A stretch of 64,000 bases of DNA from Sedimentisphaerales bacterium (GCA_040772485.1 JAXGYC010000009.1:1-64000); one strand, 5' to 3'. Positions 1 through 9,678 are shown, numbered from the stretch's first letter. A program made the numbers and translations. The notes: generated from the letters alone by a model not told the origin.

Positions 1-290
1 CAGGTCTTGGCGACGATGTCGTTGGGCGGTCCGGTCAGAGACACTGCTTCGAAGTGGCAAACGCGCTCGCATTCGCCGCAGCCGATGCATTTGTCGGCGC
101 GGATGCGGGCAAGCTTGCCGCCGCTGAAGTCGTGCGCCTCTCGCACGGTCGGTTTGAGAATCAGGTGCAGGTCCGCCGCGTCCACGTCGCAGTCGGCCAG
201 CACGGCGTTCTGTGCCAGGCTGGCAAACGCCGCAACGAGGCTCGTCTTGCCCGTTCCGCCCTTGCCGCTGATCACCACGATCTCTTTCAT
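1..290 (-). CDS. MinD/ParA-family P-loop ATPase with 4Fe-4S ferredoxin insert (3' part outside window)
   Basis: Own translation from ATG at 290: MKEIVVISGKGGTGKTS...DCDVDAADLHL...CIGCGECERVCHF; paralogue of the adjacent gene; not listed in the ORF track. Confidence 0.9.
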   Translation of the reverse strand, partial: MKEIVVISGKGGTGKTSLVAAFASLAQNAVLADCDVDAADLHLILKPTVREAHDFSGGKLARIRADKCIGCGECERVCHFEAVSLTGPPNDIVAKT

Positions 291-1130
291 TCAGAGCACC
301 CCCAGTCGGGTCGCCAGTTCGGCGAACCGCTCAGCGTATTCGGGCAGCGTCTCGAAGATCATTTCGCCGCGCGAATAAGCTTCTGCAATCCGGCGGTCGT
401 CGGGTATGCGGGCGACAATCTCAATGCCTTCGGCTTGGCAATACTCCTGCGTCTGGTTTGTGCCAATCCCGTCGCGGTTGATGACCACGGCAAAGGGCAA
501 TCCCATCTCGCGGACCAGCTCTACCGCCAGCTTCAGGTCGTTGAGCCCGAACGGCGTCGGTTCCGTCACGAGCAGGACGAAGTCCACGCCCTTGATCGCC
601 GCGACCACCGGGCACGATGTCCCCGGCGGCACGTCGACGATAGCCAGTGTTTCGGGTCGAATGTGTGCCTTGACCGCGCGAATCAGGGAAGGCGTGCGCA
701 CGTGGCCGATCTCCAGCCGTCCGGAGACGCACTCCAGCGGTCCGGCGTGGCCCGTCTCGATTTCGCCGATCCGCAGCGGCTTGGGCTCGATCGCATCGGC
801 CGGACACACCAGCCAGCACCCGCCGCAACTGTGGCAGAGCTGCTCGAACGTCAGGACCTGATCGCCGATACAGACGATCGCGCTGTACTGACAGATCTGC
901 CCGCACCGGCCGCACCCGATGCACTTGGCCGCATCCACGTGCGGCACGTCCACGGTCACTTCCTCGCGCCCATCGATTTGCGGCTTCAGGAAGATGTGCC
1001 CGTTCGGCTCTTCCACGTCGCAGTCGAGATACTGCGTCGGCCTGCCTGCCGTAGCGCAGACCTTCGCGAGATTCGTCGCCACGGTGGTCTTGCCCGTGCC
1101 GCCTTTGCCCGATGCCACGGCGAGGATCAC
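291..1130 (-). CDS. MinD-superfamily P-loop ATPase with inserted ferredoxin domain
   Basis: SGKGGTGKTT deviant Walker A, DCDVEEPN, CIGCGRCGQIC and CHSCGGCWLVCP clusters, EPTPFG motif. Confidence 0.92.
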   Translation of the reverse strand: MILAVASGKGGTGKTTVATNLAKVCATAGRPTQYLDCDVEEPNGHIFLKPQIDGREEVTVDVPHVDAAKCIGCGRCGQICQYSAIVCIGDQVLTFEQLCHSCGGCWLVCPADAIEPKPLRIGEIETGHAGPLECVSGRLEIGHVRTPSLIRAVKAHIRPETLAIVDVPPGTSCPVVAAIKGVDFVLLVTEPTPFGLNDLKLAVELVREMGLPFAVVINRDGIGTNQTQEYCQAEGIEIVARIPDDRRIAEAYSRGEMIFETLPEYAERFAELATRLGVL

Positions 1131-1633
1131 GGTTGTCCCCCCTGGAAGCCTCTACGACCACGACCACGGGCCGTTTCTTCATCTACTGTCGCCGTCCAGC
1201 CGCCTGTGGCGTCGTCGGCCTGTTCGAAGCGTGGGATGTAAGGCTTGATGTCGAGCAGGGGAGTGCCGTCGAGGATGTCCACGTCGCTCAGGTGGAGCAC
1301 GGCGCCTTCAATCCGAAGCAGCCGGACCAGCGACAGGCCGATCGCATTCGGCCGCCTCGGGCTCCTCGTCGAGAAGAGCCCTCTGGGCTTGTCGTCGGTG
1401 AACGGCACCACGGTCAGCAGTGGTTCGCCCGCGCGATGGAAGTGGTAGAGCAGCAGCAGATGCGAGAAGCCGTCGAGGTCCTTGAGCCCTTCGACATACT
1501 GCGGCAGGATCTCCGCGCGGCCGCGGCATCCGCGTGCGTACACCGGCTGGATCGGTGTCTTCTCCGGCTCGTGGTGCTCGCTCCGAATGATGCCGATGGG
1601 CGTATAGACGACAGACGCCATCTCTGCTGTCAT
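1127..1633 (-). CDS. tsaA: TrmO/TsaA-family tRNA m6t6A37 methyltransferase-like protein
   Basis: GLFSTRSPRRPNAIGLS and DILDGTPLLDIKPY motifs. Confidence 0.88.
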   Translation of the reverse strand: MTAEMASVVYTPIGIIRSEHHEPEKTPIQPVYARGCRGRAEILPQYVEGLKDLDGFSHLLLLYHFHRAGEPLLTVVPFTDDKPRGLFSTRSPRRPNAIGLSLVRLLRIEGAVLHLSDVDILDGTPLLDIKPYIPRFEQADDATGGWTATVDEETARGRGRRGFQGGQP

Positions 1634-1998
1634 GAATTCACTCCGGAATGCGACTGTACGTTCGGCCCCGTCGCTTCGGTCAGCTTGCCGGCCTTGAACC
1701 GCTCGACCGCCTCGGCTACGGCGCCCGTCACGCCCGTATAGAGCCTGACGTTGCCCGCGCGGAGCGTTCGTTCGGCGTTTGGACCACAGTTGCCCGTCAG
1801 CACGGCTCGTGCTCCGGTGTCAATCACGACCTTGGCGGCGCTGATCCCCGCGCCGCCGCCGGCATCGACGTTGGTGTTCTCGACCGCCTCGAATTCCATA
1901 CTCTCGGTATCGACAACGACAAAGCACGCGGCGCGCCCGAATCGCGGGTCCACCTGCGCGTCCATCGTTTTGCCGGTTGATGTCACGGCGATCTTCAT
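1630..1998 (-). CDS. NifB/NifX-family (MTH1175-like) metal-cluster-binding protein
   Basis: MKIAV...VDPRFGRA, GGAGI, LTGNCGPNA motifs. Confidence 0.88.
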   Translation of the reverse strand: MKIAVTSTGKTMDAQVDPRFGRAACFVVVDTESMEFEAVENTNVDAGGGAGISAAKVVIDTGARAVLTGNCGPNAERTLRAGNVRLYTGVTGAVAEAVERFKAGKLTEATGPNVQSHSGVNS

Positions 1999-2028
1999 GC
2001 GTTCTCTCCAATCACGGCGTGCAGGGAC

Positions 2029-2376
2029 TTACTTCGTCTGCGCGGCAAGCTCATCGATGCGTTTCTGAATGTCGGCCAGCGCACTCTGGAAGGAGCTTGC
2101 CTGCTGCTTGAGCGTTTCCATCTCCTGCTCGCGGGTCGGCGCTACCGGCCCGTAGGGCGGATATGCAGTCCCCATCGGGGCCCACCCGAACCGACCGGCA
2201 GCGAACCCGAAACCCCGGCCCCGACCCCAGCCGCCGCGACCGCGACCCCAGAAGCCTCGGCCTCGACCGCCGATTGGATTCGCGTAGCCGGGCATCGCGT
2301 ACCCAGCGCAGTATCCGGCGGCTCTTCCCGTCATCGGACCCATACCCATCGGGCCTGTTCCATCTCCACCTGGCAT
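2029..2376 (-). CDS. DUF5320-like Gly/Arg-rich protein with C-terminal coiled coil
   Basis: MPGGDGTGPMGMGPMTGRAAGYC start with GGAAAGGAG RBS; RG-rich middle; coiled-coil tail. Confidence 0.85.
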   Translation of the reverse strand: MPGGDGTGPMGMGPMTGRAAGYCAGYAMPGYANPIGGRGRGFWGRGRGGWGRGRGFGFAAGRFGWAPMGTAYPPYGPVAPTREQEMETLKQQASSFQSALADIQKRIDELAAQTK

Positions 2377-2423
2377 CGTAATGCTCCTTTCCAAAAGGTT
2401 ATTCTCGGACCCCAGGAACGTTC

Positions 2424-2453
2424 TCATCCTGAGCTGCAAGCGAAGGATCTGGC
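2424..2453 (+). repeat. Solo arm of a GTCATCCTGAGC..GCGAAGGATCT-type REP element
   Basis: TCATCCTGAGCTGCAAGCGAAGGATCTGGC matches the left arm at 29795-29825. Confidence 0.6.
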
Positions 2454-2484
2454 TTTCGCACAAGACAACCGACCGCCGGGCCCA

Positions 2485-2700
2485 TTACGCTCGGACCATC
2501 TTCGCACCGCATTTCGGGCAATCTCTGGAGGCACACGGCTCGCCCCTCACGTGGGGCGCCGTCGCGCCGCAACTCGGACAGACGCAGTTGCCGCCCGGTC
2601 CGGCCCCCCAGGACCTGCCCGCCCGGCCGCGTCCGCCGCCCATACCCCGGCCGGCCCCCTGGCCACCGCCGCCCGGGCCTGTTCTATCTCCACCTGGCAT
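2485..2700 (-). CDS. Small Gly-rich protein with Zn-ribbon-like Cys motif (DUF5320-like N-terminus)
   Basis: MPGGDRTGP...GPGGNCVCPSCG...GEPC...CPKCGAKMVR; same RBS as the neighbouring gene. Confidence 0.85.
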   Translation of the reverse strand: MPGGDRTGPGGGGQGAGRGMGGGRGRAGRSWGAGPGGNCVCPSCGATAPHVRGEPCASRDCPKCGAKMVRA

Positions 2701-2749
2701 CGCATGCTCCTTTCCATACCGGCGCTTCGGAAGAGGCGCCACAACTATA

Positions 2750-2769
2750 TTATGGGCATATGCTCAAAA
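2750..2769. promoter_or_regulatory. Palindromic operator upstream of the metal-cluster operon
   Basis: TTATGGGCAT|ATGCTCAAAA, 8 of 10 symmetric pairs, in an AT-rich patch 50 bp upstream of the first start codon. Confidence 0.65.
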
Positions 2770-2870
2770 CAAGTTCAATGGAAAATGGCGAATTCGCGAG
2801 AAATTCTTCGCTGTGCCCGATTGGCTCAGGGCGTCGGATGTGGTCGTACGCCGGGATGCGAAGGCTGTGG

Positions 2871-3848
2871 CTACGCAGGTCCGGCGGTGGCGAACCGGCG
2901 GGTGTGGTCGGCGTTTTCCTTGATCTGGTCGTGGTATCGGGGGTACATGCCGACGATGACGCCGTCAGTGGGTTTGATGTGTTCGAAGGCGAACTGGAAC
3001 GCCTCGCGGACCACCTGCGAATCGTGGCATTTGCGGCCGGCGGCGAGAATCTTGAAGCCCAGGCAGGGCTGCCCGACCTGGCGCACCACCTCTGTCATGG
3101 TCGCCGGATCGGAGGCGAAGAACGGATAGCCGATCTGGAGCGTGGCGATCGCCGGCATCTTGTCCAGCTCCTGCCGCGTTCGGGTCAGATAATAGAAGCA
3201 CGTCATGAAGAAGTCGACGGGCCAGCCCTCGTCGGCGATGCGCTTAATGCAGTCGGGATTGTGGGCCGAGACGCCCGCCAGCGCGCCGGCGTCGCGAACC
3301 CGCTTGACGAAATCGCGCACGTCCGAGCTCTTGCCTTCGCGGAACAAGCGGTCGGTTACGCCGCCGTGGTGGACAATGGCAATGGGCTGCGCATCGCGGG
3401 CCACCTGCTCGGGCGACGCGTTCTGCGATCCTCCGGCATGGAGGCAGATGAACTTCATCTTCGAGCCGCGTTCGCGCAGCGTGCGAATGACGCCGGTCAT
3501 CATCGCGACGTCGCTGAACTGGTGCGTGTTGATCCCCTCGCGTTCGCAGTTCAGCAGGAACTCGACGACGCGCTGCGGCGTGAAGTACTCCTTCATCTGT
3601 CGGTCCATGATCGGACCGAGGTACGAGTACCCACTGACGGGATTCGAGCCTGCGACGAGACGCGTGACCTCGTGCTCGCCCAGTCGGATCGTCGGCAGAA
3701 GCGAAGCCGGCGCATCCGAAGTCGTTTGCAGGGCTTCCGTCGCCCACGATGTCCTGGCGGCCCAGGCCGGTCCTGCCACCGCCAGCGGCAGACGTGAGAG
3801 GAACTCCCTGCGGCACGTGACGTTCGTCTTGTCTCGATCCGAGTGCAT
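2871..3848 (-). CDS. Tat-exported aldo/keto-reductase-like protein
   Basis: RREFL twin-arginine signal; LPTIRLGEHEVTRLVAGSNP and FKILAAGR motifs. Confidence 0.75.
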   Translation of the reverse strand: MHSDRDKTNVTCRREFLSRLPLAVAGPAWAARTSWATEALQTTSDAPASLLPTIRLGEHEVTRLVAGSNPVSGYSYLGPIMDRQMKEYFTPQRVVEFLLNCEREGINTHQFSDVAMMTGVIRTLRERGSKMKFICLHAGGSQNASPEQVARDAQPIAIVHHGGVTDRLFREGKSSDVRDFVKRVRDAGALAGVSAHNPDCIKRIADEGWPVDFFMTCFYYLTRTRQELDKMPAIATLQIGYPFFASDPATMTEVVRQVGQPCLGFKILAAGRKCHDSQVVREAFQFAFEHIKPTDGVIVGMYPRYHDQIKENADHTRRFATAGPA

Positions 3849-3875
3849 ATCGGCCTCCCGTTGCTCTGACCATCC

Positions 3876-3903
3876 CGTTGGGCGAATCATGATTCGCCCC
3901 TAC
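3876..3903 (-). repeat. GTAG-type REP family A, copy in a 5' UTR
   Basis: Reverse complement GTAGGGGCGAATCATGATTCGCCCAACG; lies 12 nt downstream of a minus-strand TGGTATAAT (3916-3924). Confidence 0.85.
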
Positions 3904-4052
3904 TGATGGCCGGCCATTATACCACGCACAGATGCCTTCGGCCAGACCTGAGGCGCCCATCGGCGTCGGCGTTTGGATTGACGGAAAGGCCCGGTTCCCA
4001 TAGGATAGCGGCTAAAACAAAGGACGATCGGAACGGATTGTAAGGATTCGCG

Positions 4053-4952
4053 ATGGAAACCGTGCTTCAGACCAAGATCGCCGGCACGAAACCGAGCCGG
4101 GGCAAAGTCCGCGACATCTACGACCTGGGCGACAAGCTGCTGATCGTGGCGAGCGACCGCATCAGCGCATTTGACGTCATCATGACCAATGGCATCCCCT
4201 ACAAGGGGATCGTCCTGACGCAGATTTCGAAGTTCTGGTTCGAGTTTCTCGCCGGCGTGGTCGAGCACCACCTGATCAGCGACGACGTAGCCGATTTCCC
4301 CAAGCCGTTCCGCGACCACGCCGACCAGCTTGCCGGGCGCAGCATGCTGGTCAAGAAGGTCAAGGTCCTGCCCATCGAGTGCGTCGTGCGAGGCTACCTG
4401 GCCGGCTCGGGCTGGAAGGAATACCAGACGAGCGGGACGGTCTGCGGGGTGAAGCTCCCCGGCGGTATGAAGCAGTGCGCCAAGCTGCCCGAGCCGATCT
4501 TCACGCCGGCCACCAAGGCTGAGCTCGGCGCCCACGATGAGAATATCAGCTTCGAGCGGGCCGCCGAGATCATCGGCCGCGACAAGGCCACGTACGTCCG
4601 CGACCGCAGCATCGAGGTCTTCCGCAAGGCGAGCGACTACGCCGAGAGCAAGGGGCTGATCCTGGCCGATACGAAATTCGAGTGGGGCCTGGTCGACGGT
4701 AAGATCATCCTGATCGACGAGGTGCTGACGCCCGATTCGTCACGGTTCTGGCCGGCCGACAAGTACCAGCCGGGCCGCGACCAGGAGAGCTTCGACAAGC
4801 AGTTTGTCCGCAACTGGCTCGAAGAGATCAAGTTCAACAAATCCGGCCCGGGTGTCGAGCTGCCTCCCGAGATCGTCGCCAAGACCAGCGCCAAGTACAT
4901 CGAAGCCTACGAACGCCTCACCGGCAGCAAGTTTGCTTTCGCTGGTTCGTAG
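4053..4952 (+). CDS. purC: SAICAR synthetase
   Basis: [60 protein letters not shown]. Confidence 0.97.
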   Translation: METVLQTKIAGTKPSRGKVRDIYDLGDKLLIVASDRISAFDVIMTNGIPYKGIVLTQISKFWFEFLAGVVEHHLISDDVADFPKPFRDHADQLAGRSMLVKKVKVLPIECVVRGYLAGSGWKEYQTSGTVCGVKLPGGMKQCAKLPEPIFTPATKAELGAHDENISFERAAEIIGRDKATYVRDRSIEVFRKASDYAESKGLILADTKFEWGLVDGKIILIDEVLTPDSSRFWPADKYQPGRDQESFDKQFVRNWLEEIKFNKSGPGVELPPEIVAKTSAKYIEAYERLTGSKFAFAGS

Positions 4953-4969
4953 TGTGTCCGCAAGGGCAT
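4949..4969 (+). repeat. GTAG-type REP family B, solo copy overlapping the purC stop codon
   Basis: GTAGTGTGTCCGCAAGGGCAT versus GTAGTGTGCCCGTAAGGGCAT at 38445 (2 mismatches). Confidence 0.7.
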
Positions 4970-5035
4970 GAGGAACGCCTTGTCGTTGCCCATCGCGATT
5001 GCTGCAAACCATTATAGAGTACGAAGATATCGCCA

Positions 5036-5068
5036 GGCCACCTCACAGAGAGGTGGCCGTTTCTTTTT
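5036..5068 (+). terminator. Intrinsic terminator after purC
   Basis: GGCCACCTC-ACAGA-GAGGTGGCC followed by GTTTCTTTTT. Confidence 0.75.
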
Positions 5069-5197
5069 GGCGAGAAGAAGACAAACGGCGGATGCAGCGC
5101 GCCGCTTGCGGCCTCGGCGTGCATCGGGACGCGTTTTTCTGTAATCTGGAGGGTTGCGGATTGTCTCTATGGTGGAACCGGATGGCGGAGTCGGCGT

Positions 5198-5722
5198 TTG
5201 GATCGACACAACGACACAGACCTGGTCGGGGCGGTGCGGCAGGGGGACTGCTCGGCGTACGCCGAGCTGGTCGAGAGGCACTACGGCAAGGTGTTTGTGG
5301 TGTGCTTCGCCGTGCTCGGCAACGTCCACGACGCCGAGGACGTGGCGCAGGATGCGATGATCGCGGGGCTCCAGAAGCTCCGCCAGCTCCGCGAGGCGGG
5401 GCAATTCGGCCCCTGGATCGCGCAGATCGCCCGGAATCTGAGCATCAACCTCGTTCGCAAGAAGGCGGCAACTGAGAGAGCGCTGAACCGCAAGCCGACC
5501 GAGCCCGTCGAGCGGGCCGGACCGGATGACACGTTGCGGCAGGCCGTGGCCCTGCTTCCCGTTGAGCTGCGCCTGCCCCTGGTGATGTACTACTTCGACG
5601 GCAAGGACGTCAAATCCGTCGCCGAGACGCTCGACATTTCGACCTCGGGCGTCTACCTGAAACTGAAGACCGCGATCAGGCAGCTCCACGAAATCCTGAC
5701 CGCAGATGGAGAACAACGATGA
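5198..5722 (+). CDS. ECF RNA polymerase sigma factor
   Basis: DAEDVAQDA, FGPWIAQIARN region 2; region 4 HTH; TTG start after GGAG. Confidence 0.9.
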   Translation: MDRHNDTDLVGAVRQGDCSAYAELVERHYGKVFVVCFAVLGNVHDAEDVAQDAMIAGLQKLRQLREAGQFGPWIAQIARNLSINLVRKKAATERALNRKPTEPVERAGPDDTLRQAVALLPVELRLPLVMYYFDGKDVKSVAETLDISTSGVYLKLKTAIRQLHEILTADGEQR

Positions 5723-6447
5723 GCCAGCCATGCCATGACATGCAGGAACGAATCCTCGATCTCGCGCTGGGCGACTTGGATGCAGGGCAGACGCAAGAGG
5801 TGCAGAGGCATTTGGACACGTGCGATTCGTGTCGGCGCTACGCCCGGGCGCTGACAGAGCAGGGCGAGTCGCTCGCCGCGCTGGGCCGGCAGGTTCAAGC
5901 CGATATGGATGCCCGTCGCGGCAGGGTGATTGAGGCCCTGCAAGGGGTCGCCCCGGCTCGACCGAGAGCGCTGCCGTTTGTCGGCCGGTTCGTAAGGGCC
6001 GCCGTCGCGGCGGTGCTGATACTGGCGGCCGGCATTGTCATCGGGCGCCTCACCTCGCCCAAGTCTATCGATGTGGAGCAGCTTCGAGCCGACCTGCAGG
6101 CGTCCATCGTGGCCTCGCTCCAGCCGGCGGTGCGCCAGGCAGTTCTGTCGGATGTGGACGGGCGTCTGGAGGCGGCTCTGGCGGCTCGGGATGAACGCAT
6201 TGCGACCGAGCTCGTCGAGCTGCTGCGGCAGGACCTTCGTGTCATTGCCGCCGAGTTGACGAGCGGTTCCGAACGATTGGTGGACGAGCGGTTCGCCGAC
6301 GTCGTGCAGCTTATCGAAGCGGCCCGCCAGACCGACCGCCGCCAGGTCGCCAGGGCCCTCGAACAGATCAGGACGCAGACCGGCATGGGGTTTGTGAGAT
6401 TGGCCAGCCTCGCCGAAAGAACGCCGCCGGCCGGGCCAAACCAGTGA
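5719..6447 (+). CDS. Anti-sigma factor with zf-HC2 motif and one TM helix
   Basis: HLDTCDSC (HxxxCxxC); hydrophobic AAVAAVLILAAGIVIG; ATGA overlap with the sigma gene. Confidence 0.88.
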   Translation: MSQPCHDMQERILDLALGDLDAGQTQEVQRHLDTCDSCRRYARALTEQGESLAALGRQVQADMDARRGRVIEALQGVAPARPRALPFVGRFVRAAVAAVLILAAGIVIGRLTSPKSIDVEQLRADLQASIVASLQPAVRQAVLSDVDGRLEAALAARDERIATELVELLRQDLRVIAAELTSGSERLVDERFADVVQLIEAARQTDRRQVARALEQIRTQTGMGFVRLASLAERTPPAGPNQ

Positions 6448-6502
6448 GGACCGGCGCCGACCGATTCAGACAACAGGACACAACCTGTGAAGGGGTGACA
6501 TC

Positions 6503-8167
6503 ATGAAGAGCAAGAAAACTGCGATTGCGACCCTGGCCCTTTGCGCCCTGATTGTCTCCGGCGTGGGGCAGGCCGCCGATTCCACGACCGATCCACCGGA
6601 CAGAAAGACCTTCATGATCTCCGGGAGAGTCGGCTTGCCCGGCGTAACGCTCGTGGGTTTGCCCGGCTCGCCTCTCACCGGTGGGAACGGCGTGTATACT
6701 GCAAAGGTGGAATCCGGCTGGTCCGGCACCGTCACGCCAATGAAGGTGGGCTCTGCTTTCGAGCCACCTGAGAGAGCGTACGACGGGATCGGCAGCGACC
6801 TTCCGAACCAGAACTACGTGGCGAAGCTTGTTGTCTTCATGATCTCAGGCAACGTCGGGCTGGCCGGCGTGACGATGGAGGGCTTGCCGGGCGATCCGAT
6901 CACCGATGCGGACGGGTTCTACAGCGCGACGGTGCCTTATGGCTGGGCGGGTGTGGCCCGTCCAAAGAAGGGCGATCGCAAGTTCAATCCCACCGAGAAG
7001 CAATACGCAAACGTCAGCAAGGATCTCACGGATGAGGACTACACACCGCAGACGGTTGTCATCTCCGATCGGATTGCGTTCGGCGACGAGCCGATCCAGG
7101 ACGTGGTCGTCACCGCCGATCCGGGGGGCTACACCACGACGACCGATTCGCAGGGCCGCTACCGCGTCGCAGTGCCCTACGGGTGGACCGGCAGGCTGCT
7201 GGTGTCCAAACCCGGCTTCGAGTTCGAACCGCCCGGCATTCCCTACAGCAACGTCAAGGCCGACATCATAATGGGAGCGGAGCCCGACATGTCGGAACTC
7301 GAGCCCTTTCCTGCGCAGTTGGATCATCCTCGCGTGTACGGCTCGCCGGCTGCGCCGGGCGACGATGTGCTGGTGATCCCGACCGCGAGGGTCTCGCTGG
7401 ATGAATTCGCCGAGACGAGCGAAGACATCCGCGTGATGCAGCAGATCCTGCGCGACATGCTGAGCGAGCCGCGGATGATCCTGGGCGTGCTGTACGACTA
7501 CGGCGATTTCCTCGGTGCGGCGGGCCGCCGCAACGACGCCTTCTACCTGCAGGGCTATGGCGTGCTGTTCGTCATGGAGGTGGATTTCCCCCTGTCGCCT
7601 GCGGTCTCGCCGGACGTCGATGCCGACCGGCAGCCGCAAGCACCGGCCGATCCGGTCTGGCAGCGGGCGCGGCAGAGGTTGTACTCGCCGCGCGATGCGG
7701 GTCTTCGGTCGAGAATGCAACCGAATCCGAGAGACCAAGTGAGTTTCGAGCAGTTCAAGGAAGACCTGATCGGAACGCTCAGGCACGCCGCCAACATCCG
7801 CCACGTCGATCCAAACGAGAGCATCATCCTGACCGTCGTCGGACAGAACGCAGACTACGGGCAGGCGGTTCCGGCTCCGAGCCGGGGCGGTTTCTCCGGC
7901 GGCGCGGGCGGATACTTCGAGGGCGGCAGCTACGGCTACAGCGGCGGCAGTTTCGGTGCCGGTGGCGGCAGCTCCTACGCCGATTCCCGCTCGTACGTCA
8001 GCGGTTCGGGACGCGGACAAACGGTCCGCCGCACGCCGTCGGGCTTCGGGACGCCGGCGACCACGGTCCTGACGATCCAGGCGAAGAAGGCCGACGTCGA
8101 CGCCTTCTCCGCCGGCCGCATCGATATCGACCAGTTCCGCCAACGCGTGAAGGTTTTCACCTATTAG
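6503..8167 (+). CDS. Secreted protein with three carboxypeptidase-regulatory/prealbumin-like repeats and an uncharacterised C-terminal domain
   Basis: Signal peptide; three ~72-aa repeats (ISGxVG...TDxxGxY.A.VPYGW.G..P.K.G..F.P); Gly/Ser-rich insert near the C-terminus. Confidence 0.8.
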   Translation: MKSKKTAIATLALCALIVSGVGQAADSTTDPPDRKTFMISGRVGLPGVTLVGLPGSPLTGGNGVYTAKVESGWSGTVTPMKVGSAFEPPERAYDGIGSDLPNQNYVAKLVVFMISGNVGLAGVTMEGLPGDPITDADGFYSATVPYGWAGVARPKKGDRKFNPTEKQYANVSKDLTDEDYTPQTVVISDRIAFGDEPIQDVVVTADPGGYTTTTDSQGRYRVAVPYGWTGRLLVSKPGFEFEPPGIPYSNVKADIIMGAEPDMSELEPFPAQLDHPRVYGSPAAPGDDVLVIPTARVSLDEFAETSEDIRVMQQILRDMLSEPRMILGVLYDYGDFLGAAGRRNDAFYLQGYGVLFVMEVDFPLSPAVSPDVDADRQPQAPADPVWQRARQRLYSPRDAGLRSRMQPNPRDQVSFEQFKEDLIGTLRHAANIRHVDPNESIILTVVGQNADYGQAVPAPSRGGFSGGAGGYFEGGSYGYSGGSFGAGGGSSYADSRSYVSGSGRGQTVRRTPSGFGTPATTVLTIQAKKADVDAFSAGRIDIDQFRQRVKVFTY

Positions 8168-8207
8168 GCTCTCCGTATATCGGCGTGGAAGAGAGGGAGG
8201 TTTGCAC

Positions 8208-8843
8208 ATGAGACCGCAAGGACGGATCATGGCGCTATTCGGAACAGTCCTTTGCGTGATGATAGTCGCACCGTTGTCGCATTCTCAGTCGCAGCCGCCA
8301 CGGACGTCGGCGGAACAGAGCATGAACGAAATCATGCGACGTCAGCAGGAGCAGACGGATCGACTCATCGCACGGCAGATGACGCAACTCAAAGAGCGGG
8401 CCAAGCGCGAGGCCCGTCGGGCGGTCGACGAGTCGCGGCGGCAGTCCTGCGGCGCTACGCCTTCGCAGTGGCGGTCGATTCGTCCCAGACTCCTGGCGGT
8501 GGAGAGCCTTCACGAAGAGATGCGCGCACGCCTGCGGCCGCAGGTTTCGTACGATCTTTCGTCGGGCCCCCAACCCGTCACGAACTGCGAGTGGGCATGG
8601 AAGCCGCTCGTTGACAGGGAGCCCAATGAGCCGTTGACGGCAGCCGAGACCACCTGCCAGAGGCTGCGCGACATGCTGGGCGATGAACAAACGCCGATCG
8701 AGTCGATCTGGGAACAGGTCGAACGGCTGCGCGCGCAGAGAAAGGCAGCGGCCGATCAGACACCCGACGCCGAAGAGGCGCTCCGCAAAGTTGCGACGCT
8801 TCGCCAGGAGGCGGCGCTGATGGCCCATGGCTGGTTGCAGTGA
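8208..8843 (+). CDS. Exported helical protein, paralogue 1 (Spy/CpxP-like, tentative)
   Basis: Signal peptide; ATPSQWRSIRPRL and TLRQEAALMAHGWLQ motifs shared with the next two genes. Confidence 0.75.
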   Translation: MRPQGRIMALFGTVLCVMIVAPLSHSQSQPPRTSAEQSMNEIMRRQQEQTDRLIARQMTQLKERAKREARRAVDESRRQSCGATPSQWRSIRPRLLAVESLHEEMRARLRPQVSYDLSSGPQPVTNCEWAWKPLVDREPNEPLTAAETTCQRLRDMLGDEQTPIESIWEQVERLRAQRKAAADQTPDAEEALRKVATLRQEAALMAHGWLQ

Positions 8844-8876
8844 GCCGTGCGAGGTGACAGTGGAGACGGACGGATC

Positions 8877-9620
8877 ATGAAGACGCGAAGATTCACGGCT
8901 GTGGCGTTCGCTGGCCTCATCACCTGTTCGATCGGATTTGCCTCGGCAGGACCAGCGGAGCCGGAGACGCCCGATCCCAACATGATGCGCAATCCGCTCC
9001 TGCGTGCCTTTCTGGCCGACCGTGAGCCCCGCGAGAAAATCGAAGGGCAATTTGGCCGTCCCGAAGACTGCCGGAATGCGGTGATGCGCGAGCTGCTGGG
9101 AGCGACCGACGAGCAGTGGCAGCAGATCGAGCCGAAGTTCCGCGAGCTGGAGGCGGTGCGCGAACGGACGCGGGCGGTTGTAGGCTCGTGGGTGGCCGGC
9201 GCCAGCTTTGGCGGAGGCTCGGGCAGCAGTTACCGCGGCTCGCGAAACGGGGCAAGCGGCGGGTACAACGATTCGCGGCGCGTCCGGCGCAACGACCGCA
9301 CCCTGCCTCGGCGCCGCACCGTGCCTCCGCGATCCCCACAGCCCCCGGCGGGGGCGAACTACTCGTCTCTGGGGCCGTGGCGACCTTCACAAGGCCCGCC
9401 GAGCGCAAAGGTCACTCCAGGCGAGCGCCTCTGTGGAGAACTGCTCGATCTGATCGATCGCGCCGATGCGACGAGCGAAGAGATTCGCCAGGGAATGGCC
9501 CAGCTCGCGGCGTACCGCCGCAAAGCAGCGGAAGAAGTCAAGCAGGCTCAAGAGGCACTGCGCCAGGTCGTGACGCGCCGCCAGGAAGCGATGCTCATCC
9601 TGATGGGCTACCTCGATTGA
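8877..9620 (+). CDS. Exported helical protein, paralogue 2
   Basis: Signal peptide; ATDEQWQQIEPKF, GERLCGEL, TRRQEAMLILMGYLD. Confidence 0.8.
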   Translation: MKTRRFTAVAFAGLITCSIGFASAGPAEPETPDPNMMRNPLLRAFLADREPREKIEGQFGRPEDCRNAVMRELLGATDEQWQQIEPKFRELEAVRERTRAVVGSWVAGASFGGGSGSSYRGSRNGASGGYNDSRRVRRNDRTLPRRRTVPPRSPQPPAGANYSSLGPWRPSQGPPSAKVTPGERLCGELLDLIDRADATSEEIRQGMAQLAAYRRKAAEEVKQAQEALRQVVTRRQEAMLILMGYLD

Positions 9621-9678
9621 CGCAGATCGTACGTGAGAATGGAACAAGTGCGACGGGATCTTCTTTGGGAGAGAATGG

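Noticed and set aside
1630..1998. Nitrogen fixation inferred from the NifB/NifX-like gene
   Set aside because: There are no nifHDK/ENB genes; this family also occurs in non-diazotroph operons.
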